Below are positions 38,984 through 48,681 of a stretch of 64,000 nt of DNA, one piece after another; position 1 is the first letter of the stretch; each line of letters begins with the position of its first letter. This stretch comes from an uncultured Gemmatimonadales bacterium (lineage in GTDB: Bacteria > Gemmatimonadota > Gemmatimonadetes > Gemmatimonadales > Gemmatimonadaceae). The notes under the pieces are model-generated. The model ran no database searches and was not told the DNA's origin. It saw nothing but the letters and a program-made list of their open reading frames with translations. The position numbers and the translations under genes were made by a program. The stretch is taken from NCBI GenBank assembly GCA_963707505.1, contig CAVPQB010000002.1, positions 64,001-128,000 on the forward strand. The letters run 5' to 3'.

Positions 38984-40195
38984 CTACCGACTCGCCGGCG
39001 GCAACACTCCCCGACCGTCCTTTGTCACTCTCTCACTCTCAGAGCGCCACCATCCGTCGATACTCTCCGTCCCGGTGAGTCCTACAAACTCTGGCACTCG
39101 CGCAAGCACCGCGTCGCTCGCGCCAGTTACCTTTGCAAATTTGAGTAATCCCGGTATCCCGGAACGGCGGAAGATTGCCTGAACGATCAACGCATCAGTT
39201 GTGTACATAGCATCGCTTGCAGCAGAACCGCCAGGAGCACCACCATGCAGTAGCTGAGCTATCGTGACAGTGGGGTGATCCGATTGGTACTTCCGCAACA
39301 ACGGATACATCTGTAATGCGGGGTGTCCGTCGTGACCACCGAGCCATACTGCAACCCCTTCGTTGAATAAGGCGTTCCCGGGGTGTAAGGTTGGCGAGAG
39401 TACTACATGCACGAATTCGTGCAGATAGTCTTCGCCCACTCTTGGATCTCCAATCAGGACGATCCCCGAGGGCGGGATTGAACGCCCGCCAAATCCTGTG
39501 TCTGGGCCTGAGCCATCAGGAAAGAAGTCGAGGCCAACAGCGCGCCATGCCTCATCGGTCGAAGCTGTGACATAGGCGTCGATATGCGCTGGCGGCGTCA
39601 CGGCGAAGAGCTTGGCGACCGAGTCGACGAATCGAGCAGTCTCGGTCGCCTTGCTGGGAGATTCTTTCTGACCGGGAGCGTACCAGAATGTGATTCGCCC
39701 AACATCCCGCCTCCGCCAATCACGCGTGACTCGAGGGAGAGCATTCGCCAGTTGCCATCCAAAAGGTGATCCTGGCGCCCGTACGGCGAACAGCCGTTGA
39801 AGTGCCAGCGCAGACACAGGCTTGCCGCTCGTCGAGCTCGTCGCGTGTAAGATCTTCACAGCATAAACGCTGTCTCCAGGGAATGCGGGAGTAACGGCGA
39901 CGATTGTAGCATTGAAACCCTGGTAAGCGGTCAATGCAATGTCGCCGAATCCCGCATCAAGCTTGGTCCCCATACTCCACAACCCACGAGCGCGAGCGGA
40001 TGAATCCGGCTTTGCCAGATAAGCACTGGTGAGCGAGACGATGCTATGGACTTCGGCTATCGTAGTGTCCACACCGAATCCAATGCCGATAGCCTTCGCG
40101 GGAACTTGCGCGTCGGCGCGCGAAGAAGGTACGAACGACGTCGCAACAAGAGCTACAGCGATACAAAATTGACGACAGGCTAAATGGCGAACCAT
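38984..40195 (-). CDS. Secreted gluzincin-like metallopeptidase or hypothetical protein
   Basis: Signal peptide ending ADA-Q; HEFVH...NEGVA; GGAGG RBS before the ATG at 40195. Confidence 0.65.
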   Translation of the reverse strand: MVRHLACRQFCIAVALVATSFVPSSRADAQVPAKAIGIGFGVDTTIAEVHSIVSLTSAYLAKPDSSARARGLWSMGTKLDAGFGDIALTAYQGFNATIVAVTPAFPGDSVYAVKILHATSSTSGKPVSALALQRLFAVRAPGSPFGWQLANALPRVTRDWRRRDVGRITFWYAPGQKESPSKATETARFVDSVAKLFAVTPPAHIDAYVTASTDEAWRAVGLDFFPDGSGPDTGFGGRSIPPSGIVLIGDPRVGEDYLHEFVHVVLSPTLHPGNALFNEGVAVWLGGHDGHPALQMYPLLRKYQSDHPTVTIAQLLHGGAPGGSAASDAMYTTDALIVQAIFRRSGIPGLLKFAKVTGASDAVLARVPEFVGLTGTESIDGWWRSESERVTKDGRGVLPPASR

Positions 40196-40446
40196 GCTCG
40201 CCCCTCCATGAGACATCGAGTTCATGCCCACAAGGCGCAATTCACGAAAGTGAATTGCGCCTTGCTCTTTCACTCTTGGCAAGTAGTGTAAGGACGATAC
40301 ACGCCACCATTACGTTTGTCGATGATTCGCAATCAACTCGGCTGTCGGCCTAGAATTGGACTCATCAGTGGGGGAACGTCGCGGATCCTTAAGTCATTAC
40401 CTGTCCATCAAACGGGGTATACACTCCAAAAAAAAGCCGCGGAATT

Positions 40447-40971
40447 TTACGGAGATATTCTTTCCTCTACCTTCTTCCCCGCATGCGTAGCCGCCGCTAG
40501 GACCGCCGGTGTCTTGCCTCTCGGAAATACAGTCGCGGACGTTGACCATCTTCCATGTGGGTCGCCGCCAATGATGAAGAGTACGGGTTCGGGACAGTTG
40601 TAGAGGTAGGATCCTGCAATGCGTCGCATCGAATTATGATCTTTGGGGCTGGGTGTCGGAGCCGCACTCGGATGGAAGTGCCACTCGCCGAGATAGAAGC
40701 CCTCTCCCTGTCGCCAGTAGTGGTCCAGCATGCGTTGGAGTCCATTAACGCCTCTGTAGAACCACGTCGAGCCGAACTTCGAGTCAATGGAGGGAGAAGT
40801 AATTCGATCTACGATCGCGCAATCGTGCCCATCGCTGTAATGACCGATGAGAATTCCTCCAGTCTCCCGTGAGCGAGCTCGCACGCACTCTTCGAGCATC
40901 AATTTCACACTAGCATCGCCAACGCATAGGCCGAAACGCAAGTCTTCAGACCAGTGTTCCAGATCAGACAC
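40447..40971 (-). CDS. cap3: CBASS Cap3 JAB/MPN deconjugase
   Basis: ETGGILIG, YLGEWHFHP...PS..D. GTG start overlapping the cap2 end. Confidence 0.9.
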   Translation of the reverse strand: MSDLEHWSEDLRFGLCVGDASVKLMLEECVRARSRETGGILIGHYSDGHDCAIVDRITSPSIDSKFGSTWFYRGVNGLQRMLDHYWRQGEGFYLGEWHFHPSAAPTPSPKDHNSMRRIAGSYLYNCPEPVLFIIGGDPHGRWSTSATVFPRGKTPAVLAAATHAGKKVEERISP

Positions 40972-42808
40972 TGAGCACACGCCGGAGTCCCAAGAATAGA
41001 CCATTTTCTTCCACGCGCTCAAATACCACAAGCTCAGATGCATCCGACTCTGACTGCACAAGCTCTACCAGATGCTGCAGTGCGGATGATGCCAATATCC
41101 ACACTTCATCACCGCGCGCTGGGAATACCGGATGCCAGCAACCGACACCTTCGCGAGGCCACTCTGCGTCGCGAAACCGCTCTGCTTGTCGATCGAGCCA
41201 TGGGCGTAACGCAGTCAACATATCCTCCATTGGAAATGATTCGCCAATAGAAAAGAACGAAAACCCTGCCCATGCGAATAGTCCAAGCGAAATTGAGACA
41301 AATATCTTCGGGCTGTTCCACCGGTACGTAGACAGCGCATGAGCGACCGCATTCTCGCCTGTGGCATCAATAACGATGTCCGCCGTGCGCAACGACGCAT
41401 GGGATAGCTCGTCATCTGGTGGGAATGCCTGAGTGATTGCACGGACTTCAGTACTGGCTGATATTGCGTTGAGTCGATTCGCAAGCGCTGCGGCCTTAAA
41501 GCTGCCTACGTCCGACAGCGTGAGCGTATGGCGGACGAGATTTCCCGCCATTACGAGGTCGTGATCGTATACGGTCAGGCGACGCAACCCACCGCGCACC
41601 AGCATATCTCCTATAGCCGACCCAAGCGCACCAGCACCGATCAAGACCACCTCTGCGTCGGTCAGTACTTCAGGAAGCTGCCCGCGTGCGGCCACTGTAT
41701 CCGCATGCCAATTTTCGGAATGGAGCCATGTTAGCGAACATTCGTCACGGAAGGCCGCCAATCGGGTCACGTCGGTGGGGCGTGCTCGTCCGGGTCTGAA
41801 CCCAGGCGATGACATACCTGTTTCGATAGGAATCTCAGGTAGTTGTAGCGCCTGCCAGAACATGTTCCTCGCCGCGCCATCCACCACTGCCGGAATCGGG
41901 AAGCCAACCAAGAGGCGCGACGCACCGCCAAAGCGTGTGCGCTCCAGAAGCCGCTGCAGCGCCTCGTCTAGATTGATATCTTGCTCGGCTGCTGCTCGGC
42001 GAAGTTCACCCCAAGTCATCGGAGCCTTCCACGGCTCGATGTGCGGGGTTCCATTGAACCGAAGCCACAATCCATCTTCGGACGGACGCTCAGGATCGTT
42101 GATATAAGTACCCCAACGTGGCGCGTACACCTCGCGGCCTCCCGGATCGTGGAAGCTTGTCGCGACCAGCACCGGTGGCCGCTGCCGAAGCCGCACTAGT
42201 CTGACCACACCATAGCGGGCCTTCTCACCATCCCATGTCTCCAGCGAATCGACGTTCTCGCCGAACGCGACGAGCGGCTTCGGTAACGAGCCGAAGTCCG
42301 GGAGCTCGAATGGGTCACCGGGCCGAACGAGCTCGCCACACGCCGCCACTTCAAGCCATCGGCGTGTTCGCTCCAGCCGCCAACGTAGGCGCCCGGCGAC
42401 TGAAAATGGTTCCCGGCCGACGCCTTGGCGGCCCAAGGCACGTACGCCTGTGTCGACGCAGATTCGCCCAGTTCGCCAAGGGCGACCGACGTTGGCTGGA
42501 CGGTTCAAAAGCTGGTGCGGAAATGTGGCTTCGACACTGTTCCGCATGGCCGGCTGGAGATGGATGTAACCCCACGGATATGTGGCTTCGACAAGCACCA
42601 CCCAGTCGCTTCGCTTGGGCACACCGTGCCCTTCAGTAGGAATGGTGAATCGACAGCGTATCGTCCAGCAGCGCTCGACAGTGTTCCATTGCCACGCATC
42701 GAGCACATCGACGCCATCGAGCACATCGAGTGCGTCACGCGCATCGTTGAGTGCTTGCGAAGGTACAGGCGCTGCTAACTCGGGCGACAGCCGGCGCCTT
42801 AACCCCAT
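40964..42808 (-). CDS. cap2: CBASS Cap2 E2-E1(ThiF) conjugating enzyme
   Basis: E2 region TFPHQ...GRICV. E1 region IGAGALGS, DHD..NLVRH, IVIDATG, GVGCWHP. Confidence 0.92.
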   Translation of the reverse strand: MGLRRRLSPELAAPVPSQALNDARDALDVLDGVDVLDAWQWNTVERCWTIRCRFTIPTEGHGVPKRSDWVVLVEATYPWGYIHLQPAMRNSVEATFPHQLLNRPANVGRPWRTGRICVDTGVRALGRQGVGREPFSVAGRLRWRLERTRRWLEVAACGELVRPGDPFELPDFGSLPKPLVAFGENVDSLETWDGEKARYGVVRLVRLRQRPPVLVATSFHDPGGREVYAPRWGTYINDPERPSEDGLWLRFNGTPHIEPWKAPMTWGELRRAAAEQDINLDEALQRLLERTRFGGASRLLVGFPIPAVVDGAARNMFWQALQLPEIPIETGMSSPGFRPGRARPTDVTRLAAFRDECSLTWLHSENWHADTVAARGQLPEVLTDAEVVLIGAGALGSAIGDMLVRGGLRRLTVYDHDLVMAGNLVRHTLTLSDVGSFKAAALANRLNAISASTEVRAITQAFPPDDELSHASLRTADIVIDATGENAVAHALSTYRWNSPKIFVSISLGLFAWAGFSFFSIGESFPMEDMLTALRPWLDRQAERFRDAEWPREGVGCWHPVFPARGDEVWILASSALQHLVELVQSESDASELVVFERVEENGLFLGLRRVLSV

Positions 42809-43923
42809 CGCTCTCCAGACGTTGGGATGATCGTCGGTCCGCCCCGTGGAGAATACCCGCCATCGTCACCTCCTTCGTTATTCCCACCGCGCGCAGGTCC
42901 AAGTGGAAATGTCGTGCCGAAGAGTTTCTGCCAAAGCTGCGTCGCCGTCTCGCGAGAGTCGCTATCGAATGCCTGCCTAGCGATGGATGCGGCTGGCTCG
43001 ATCTTCTCATAAAACACCTTAAAGTCGGCGGGAGTAAGACGATGAAGAACATTGTGAGCTGGCACCCCATGATCCGAAACAACGGGAGTGCGCTCGAGCG
43101 CGACATCAATCTTATATCGGCGCACCATCTCTTCGAGCGCTAACGTCACGCCTTCTGCAACGCTCGAAATGCTGTTCGGACAGCAGACGCCGATCAGATG
43201 TTCGACCGGATATCCCTTGGGATATTTCGGTTCTGGATTGATCCGTCTCCACCACTTAACCGCTTTCACCACGTTCACGTAGTGCTTGCTACATGCCCGG
43301 TTTTTATCCCAGGTGAACCTAATCTGCTCCAGCGGATTCGTATCGTCCCATTCCTTGGCATCGCGATCAGGAATGCGGAGCGGGTCGAGTTTCCACTGTG
43401 GGGTCTGCCCTGCGCGCTGTAGGCGATTAGCACGCATCGCGCTCGGTACCCACTCCAGCGACGGTTGCCAATCTTCCTCGTCTAGCGCCGCTTCAGAACG
43501 AATGCTTTCGGCGCGGAGTGCTTTGGCGAGTATCTCAGACGGAGCTGACGTCACCACAACGTCAAGGCTCACTTGGGACATCGTAATGCCAATCGAGCGG
43601 CCTTGGAATTCCCATTTCCCCGCATAATGCGTGTTAAGAAAAGGAACGAAGACATTCATCGCCTGTTGTGGCGTGTACTCGGCCTCAGACAGGGTGGTGA
43701 CAACGACGATGTCCACGTCAGCACGGTTGTCGTTCTTGGGCCGCGTCGCCGTTTTGCGTCGGTAGCTGCCTTGCAGAAAATCGCCGATGATGACGCCTTT
43801 CATCGTTGCATGGCTGTTGAGACGCTCCCGTAATAACCGGTGGGCATCTCGCAGTTCGGCTTCTTGACTTGTCGTCAGCCGAATATCTGCGAGGAACTTG
43901 TCAAACTGAGATTTTAGATCCAC
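42799..43923 (-). CDS. cdnD: CBASS CD-NTase, CdnD-like
   Basis: FLQGSYRR.T..RP...DVDIVVVT, QGRSIGI, KAVKWWR, YPKGYP.EH, DHGV. Resembles Enterobacter cloacae CdnD as I recall it. Flexible tail ending in Gly. Confidence 0.9.
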   Translation of the reverse strand: MDLKSQFDKFLADIRLTTSQEAELRDAHRLLRERLNSHATMKGVIIGDFLQGSYRRKTATRPKNDNRADVDIVVVTTLSEAEYTPQQAMNVFVPFLNTHYAGKWEFQGRSIGITMSQVSLDVVVTSAPSEILAKALRAESIRSEAALDEEDWQPSLEWVPSAMRANRLQRAGQTPQWKLDPLRIPDRDAKEWDDTNPLEQIRFTWDKNRACSKHYVNVVKAVKWWRRINPEPKYPKGYPVEHLIGVCCPNSISSVAEGVTLALEEMVRRYKIDVALERTPVVSDHGVPAHNVLHRLTPADFKVFYEKIEPAASIARQAFDSDSRETATQLWQKLFGTTFPLGPARGGNNEGGDDGGYSPRGGPTIIPTSGERWG

Positions 43924-45487
43924 GACTAGGTACCCCTCCAGAAATCGTGGTTAATGGAAACGGTAGAGACACAGAAGGTGTATACGCCGTGGGCTGAGTC
44001 CGATCGAAGTCGTGCTCATACATTATGCAGCGCCCCCAAACACGCGCGACCTGGCCCAAAAAGAACATCAGTCCGTTGGGGGCCGCGCCAAAGACGTGCA
44101 CTACTGCGTTGCGCGGACGTTGCTGTTGCGCTGCTGCAACTATCTCAGCCGCGTCGTCAGCCAAGCGACGCGCGTGCGCTGCATCGCGAATCGATCCGCT
44201 GCCAGTACCACTACACGGATTTAATTCAATGATTTGTCCAACGGCTGGCAGATGCTCGCGAATGAACAATTCGGCCTCGGCGATCGCCGCCCGCGACACG
44301 CTCAGGACGACCGCGACATCGGGTGCGCCGGTAAGTTCGATAACACGCTGTGTCCAGACATGCTCGTCATGGCATGGGGGGCCGTCGGCAAGACACCATG
44401 TCGTGCGCCCGTTCACACCGCGTTGGACCGGGTTAGCAACGACACCCGTCTTCGGATCGAGGCACCACCCTGCGGTGAATGCAACGGACAAGTGCGTATC
44501 CAGATGCAGGTCGACCGCTTCCGCACCGTTTATCGCATCTTGGAGGTAGTCCCGCACCGCTGGTGCCAACTGTTTGTTCCAAAGCGATGCGTCGCGGATA
44601 TTCCGACCATCAAAATGCGGCAAGAGACACAGAATGCGCTCTGTTTCGTCGTCCATGTTTTCCGCCCAACGCCGAAAGCTCCGAATCCCGATCTGACGAC
44701 CTGCCTCTCGCGCTGTCGCAGGTCGCGGCTGATGTAAGCCTTCTCGGGCAATCACCTCGGCAAGTTGGTCGCGTGTAAACTGACGCTGTCCTGTCTGCAT
44801 CAATTTTCCCGGCAACCCATCGTACAGATTGGCCACTTTCCCATCAGGATATGGCTTCATCCCAGCGTTGATCAGTAGCGGATTCAAGTACCTGAGCAGT
44901 CCGTCGAGCGGTGGATGGCTCGTCCGAATACGCAATGTCCGAAGCACCAGAAACAGCTCCTCGTCAGTACTAAGACCGAGGTGGGACCGCCACATGGCGC
45001 GCGTGCGTCCCATCTTGCTCTTTGGGCCACCGGCTGCCAATCGGTCAAGGCGCAGGGACTCGTTTGCGTTGCTGTAGAGTTCTCCCAAGACGTCGTCGTG
45101 GGCAATCGGCCACGGTGCAAGGATGATGAACCTCGCCTCGCGGCCGGTAGGCGCGTGCCGCCGCTGGGCGTCGCGGAGCCGTTGCAGGAGCGAAACCATC
45201 TCAGCTCCGATAAAGGCTGGGTCGGTCAGGGCTGCTGCAGTGAACGCGCCATCCTGGGCGACGTGAAACTTGACCTGGAAGTAGTCCGCACGGACGTCGG
45301 GGTCCGTCCCGTCACGGTGCATACCACCATAGAACACCGCGACGTCGTCAAAGACACGTATCCCATCGACTTCAAATCCCACGGCCGTGACAATGGGGTT
45401 GTCCTGGAATAATCGGGTCGCCTCCGTCCAAAAGACTCGGGCTTGATATTCGTCGCCTTGGAGACGCGGAACGATTGCGTTCGCCAT
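43901..45487 (-). CDS. cap4: CBASS Cap4 effector (restriction-like endonuclease plus SAVED)
   Basis: G.EYQARVFW, FDDV...YFQVKFH nuclease. SAVED region HLSVAF.AG, VHVFGAAPNGLMFFLGQ, YEHDF, Y.PS. Confidence 0.9.
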   Translation of the reverse strand: MANAIVPRLQGDEYQARVFWTEATRLFQDNPIVTAVGFEVDGIRVFDDVAVFYGGMHRDGTDPDVRADYFQVKFHVAQDGAFTAAALTDPAFIGAEMVSLLQRLRDAQRRHAPTGREARFIILAPWPIAHDDVLGELYSNANESLRLDRLAAGGPKSKMGRTRAMWRSHLGLSTDEELFLVLRTLRIRTSHPPLDGLLRYLNPLLINAGMKPYPDGKVANLYDGLPGKLMQTGQRQFTRDQLAEVIAREGLHQPRPATAREAGRQIGIRSFRRWAENMDDETERILCLLPHFDGRNIRDASLWNKQLAPAVRDYLQDAINGAEAVDLHLDTHLSVAFTAGWCLDPKTGVVANPVQRGVNGRTTWCLADGPPCHDEHVWTQRVIELTGAPDVAVVLSVSRAAIAEAELFIREHLPAVGQIIELNPCSGTGSGSIRDAAHARRLADDAAEIVAAAQQQRPRNAVVHVFGAAPNGLMFFLGQVARVWGRCIMYEHDFDRTQPTAYTPSVSLPFPLTTISGGVPSRGSKISV

Positions 45488-45900
45488 GTCAGAGATGACG
45501 GCTGGGGAAACTGAGCTACTGCGGTTGACACTGGGTATCGATAATATACCGAAAAAAACCCGGCACTACCTCCTTATGAATCCGTGTTAGGCCCTCGCTG
45601 CCTCACCGCACAATTAGGAAGGTCTGGTCTCTTCTAATCGGCGCCATGGTGGTGCCTTTCGATTTTTGTGAGGAACCAGCCTGCAGCAACCGGGGGCAAC
45701 CTGCCTTAATTGGCGTGCCGATCCAGGGGGCCCGTTAGCCGCCCCGACGCATGGCTAGACTGTCTAGAGAGCTACAGGGTCGTCGACGTACCCGTCCCAC
45801 ATATCCCGGCAGCTTGGCGTCTGGATTGTGTCCTCAACCTAGGGAAAACGTCCCAAAAAGGCGCGCAAATGGCCTGTGACGGAGCTAGTGACCTAGTGAT

Positions 45901-45934
45901 AATATTCACACATATTTATACTTCAGTGAATATT
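45901..45934. promoter_or_regulatory. Inverted repeat, operator candidate upstream of Fic copy 2
   Basis: AATATTCAC-N16-GTGAATATT. A degenerate version lies upstream of copy 1 (about 14265-14300). Confidence 0.5.
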
Positions 45935-46004
45935 TTTCGCAACTAGTGAATAAAGTGGGCTTATTTTTTTGCCTATCCACCTTGCATTCTCCTTGAGTGA
46001 CTAA

Positions 46005-47951
46005 TTGTCTAATAAAGAATTAAAAAGTGAAGGAATTTCACGGAGCGTGATGTCTTTTCACGGACGGCCACTCCATGAGCCTGCCTCGCCTGTCGGCTAC
46101 GCCGGGCTCATTCGCCTGTATGACCTCCAGCTCCCTCTGCCGCCCAGACTAGCGGCCGTAGCGGAGCGGCACCATCCACGGTCAAGCCCAGAATGGCTGC
46201 TGGTTACCCCCCGACACAGGCCCGAGGAGACACTGGCAGGACAGTTGGAGTTTGCGCTCAAGTGGGAGGGCGTTGATCTCGGCGTAATCAACGCTCTGGC
46301 CAAGATTGTCCCGCCGGCAGAATTTGAGACACTCATCCAAGCAACGCCGACCGGCAGCTACGCACGGAGGATTTGGTTCTTGTACGAGTGGCTCACCGGT
46401 CAAACACTGGCACTTCCGAATGCGGGGAAGGTCCGTGCGGCGCCAGTGCTAAACCCGACTCAGCAGTTTGCCCTTTCGAAGGGGGCCATGTCGACACGCC
46501 ACCGCGTCATCGACAACCTTCCTGGTACGCGTGCGTTCAGCCCACTCGTACGCAGGACTCCGGCCCTCAATACAGTTGCCGCAAAACAGTTAAACCGCCG
46601 AGCTCGCGAAGTACTGGGCCGCACGCATGGCGACGTCATTGCGAGAGCTGCGGCATTTCTGCTCCTGAGCGATAGCCGCTCCTCGTTCGACATCGAAGGC
46701 GAGCGTCCTTCGCGCCAGAGGACTGCGCGCTGGGCGCAGGCGATCGGGCAAGCGGGCGCTCGACCGTTGAGTCTCGATGAACTCGAACGCCTCCAGCAAA
46801 TCGTCATTGGCGATGCCCGCTTCGTCCATCTCGGACTGAGGGAAGACGGCGGTTTTGTTGGCGATCGTGACCGCCTCACCCAGGAGCCATTACCCGAGCA
46901 CATAAGTGCACGCGCCAAAGACCTCCGAGACCTACTCACCGGGGTCGTCGACTATGTGTCCCGAGCCGTTGCAGGAGGTCTCGACCCTGTAGTTGCAGCA
47001 GCAACCGCGGCGTTCGGCTTTGTGTACATCCATCCATTCGAAGACGGCAATGGTCGACTACACAGATGGTTGATCCATCATGCGTTGGCGATCGCCGGCT
47101 ATAACCCGCCCGGCGTCGTCTTTCCGGTAAGCGCAGCAATACTTCGTGAGCTTGATACCTACAAGCGCGTGCTCGAATCGTACTCCAAGCCGCTACTTCC
47201 ATACATCAATTGGGAACCCACCGAACGCGGCAACGTGAACGTGCTGAACGAGACGGCTCAATATTACCGATACTTCGATGCCACCGCGCATGCCGAGTTT
47301 CTGTATCAGTGTGTCGCTACGACGGTGGAGCGGGACCTTCCAGACGAAGTTGCGTATCTCGAAGGCTATGATCGATTCGCGGCACGAGTACAGCTGATTG
47401 TAGACTTGCCAGCTCGCATGGTCGAGCTACTGCATGGCTTCCTGCAACAGGGACACGGTCATTTTTCCAAACGGGCGAGGGAGAAGGAGTTCGCAGCACT
47501 TACGGAAGAAGAAGTCAGAAGCATCGAGCAACTCTACGCGGACTGCTTCACGCGCGAGCCCGCATCAAACACTCCAGTAACTCAGGAGAACAACGCTGCG
47601 GCTGCATCCTCGCCGCCCTCTGCGGCTGTGCTCTCCCCACTCCCAATATCGTTGCAACGGGGGCAACTGGTCGCCATCGCACGGCAACTTGTCACTCCAG
47701 TCGACATTCCAGCGCTAATAGCGGAAGGAATTATCGCGAAAGCGCGCGGCGCATGGTACGAAGTGATCGATGGGAAACGGTTGCCAGAACACGTCACCGC
47801 GCAAATTCACGAGTTCCGATTAGAAGTCGGAGAACAAGGGCAGCAACGTCAATTCGTGAAGATCCCACCGGTTCGTAAAAAAGCCGTGCGCCTGTATCGA
47901 GAACTCACGGGAGAAGACGCGCCCATCGTTCCCGAGGAACCGCGCACATAA
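46005..47951 (+). CDS. Fic family AMPylase (class II) with C-terminal extension, copy 2
   Basis: Near-identical to 14368..16314; HPFEDGNGRLHR. Confidence 0.93.
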   Translation: MSNKELKSEGISRSVMSFHGRPLHEPASPVGYAGLIRLYDLQLPLPPRLAAVAERHHPRSSPEWLLVTPRHRPEETLAGQLEFALKWEGVDLGVINALAKIVPPAEFETLIQATPTGSYARRIWFLYEWLTGQTLALPNAGKVRAAPVLNPTQQFALSKGAMSTRHRVIDNLPGTRAFSPLVRRTPALNTVAAKQLNRRAREVLGRTHGDVIARAAAFLLLSDSRSSFDIEGERPSRQRTARWAQAIGQAGARPLSLDELERLQQIVIGDARFVHLGLREDGGFVGDRDRLTQEPLPEHISARAKDLRDLLTGVVDYVSRAVAGGLDPVVAAATAAFGFVYIHPFEDGNGRLHRWLIHHALAIAGYNPPGVVFPVSAAILRELDTYKRVLESYSKPLLPYINWEPTERGNVNVLNETAQYYRYFDATAHAEFLYQCVATTVERDLPDEVAYLEGYDRFAARVQLIVDLPARMVELLHGFLQQGHGHFSKRAREKEFAALTEEEVRSIEQLYADCFTREPASNTPVTQENNAAAASSPPSAAVLSPLPISLQRGQLVAIARQLVTPVDIPALIAEGIIAKARGAWYEVIDGKRLPEHVTAQIHEFRLEVGEQGQQRQFVKIPPVRKKAVRLYRELTGEDAPIVPEEPRT

Positions 47952-48583
47952 ATTCGCATTGACACGACGAATTCGGTGCTCGGCCGATTATGTGCGCGAC
48001 ACGAGTGGAGTATGTAGCGAGTCACAATGCGGACCGCCCTATCAACCCGAGACCGCGCCCTTGCAGGACCGCACCCGCGCGCGACAGAGTGAAATACGCT
48101 TAGTCGTTTGCGAAGCCGAGCGTAAACTCAGATAGCTATGCCACGTAGTCGGTGTTAGCACTTCCCCGCCCACGCTTCGGGGAGCAAGAGGTCGCCGGTT
48201 CAAATCCGGCCACCCGACTGTGTAAGATGAAGCCTCACGGCGCGCTGCCCGAGCCGTTCAGCAACTATTCAACCTTCCTTACGCTGTCTCAGGATTCGAG
48301 GACACCGGCGCCCGAGCTTCAAGGGGCCAGTCATCCGCATTGAAGCCGTACGATGATTATCTCACGGCCGGGCCTCGCATCTATTCGGTCGGAGACGCGA
48401 CGCGCGTCGGATGTCAGACGCATTCACGGCGAGGGGAGAGGGGTTAAGGGAAACCATGGCTTCGTACCCTGTTTTGTACCCAATCCCATCGCACAACAAT
48501 GGCACTGCGCTCTAAATTGGCTTCCCGCAACCACTTACCAGAGGCACCGGTCAGAATCGAACTGACGAATAGGAGATTTGCAG
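46032..48583 (+). repeat. ~2.55 kb direct repeat, copy 2
   Basis: See 14395-16946. Confidence 0.95.
48174..48217 (+). repeat. tRNA-Pro 3'-half fragment, copy 2 (extra G in the anticodon loop)
   Basis: GCTTCGGGGAGCAAGAGGTCGCCGGTTCAAATCCGGCCACCCGA. Confidence 0.78.
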
Positions 48584-48613
48584 TCTCCCGCCTTACCACT
48601 TGGCCACGGTGCC
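48542..48613 (-). tRNA. tRNA-Cys (GCA), CCA not encoded
   Basis: GGCACCG TG GCC AAGTGGTAA GGC G GGAGA CTGCAAA TCTCC TATTC GTCAG TTCGATT CTGAC CGGTGCC T folds as a full cloverleaf with U discriminator. Confidence 0.97.
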
Positions 48614-48681
48614 GTTAACTGCTAACGGTCAGTCCACAAACCTAACCGCCTCACCGCCTCCTTCCCACCCCATTCGCGTCG

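Larger units (their letters stand above)
16947..48583. mobile_element. ~31.6 kb genomic island integrated in tRNA-Cys (lanthipeptide cluster, CBASS, Fic)
   Basis: att-like tRNA fragment at the left end and intact tRNA at the right end. Visibly more AT-rich codon usage than the flanks. Defence and RiPP cargo; no integrase ORF found. Confidence 0.88.
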
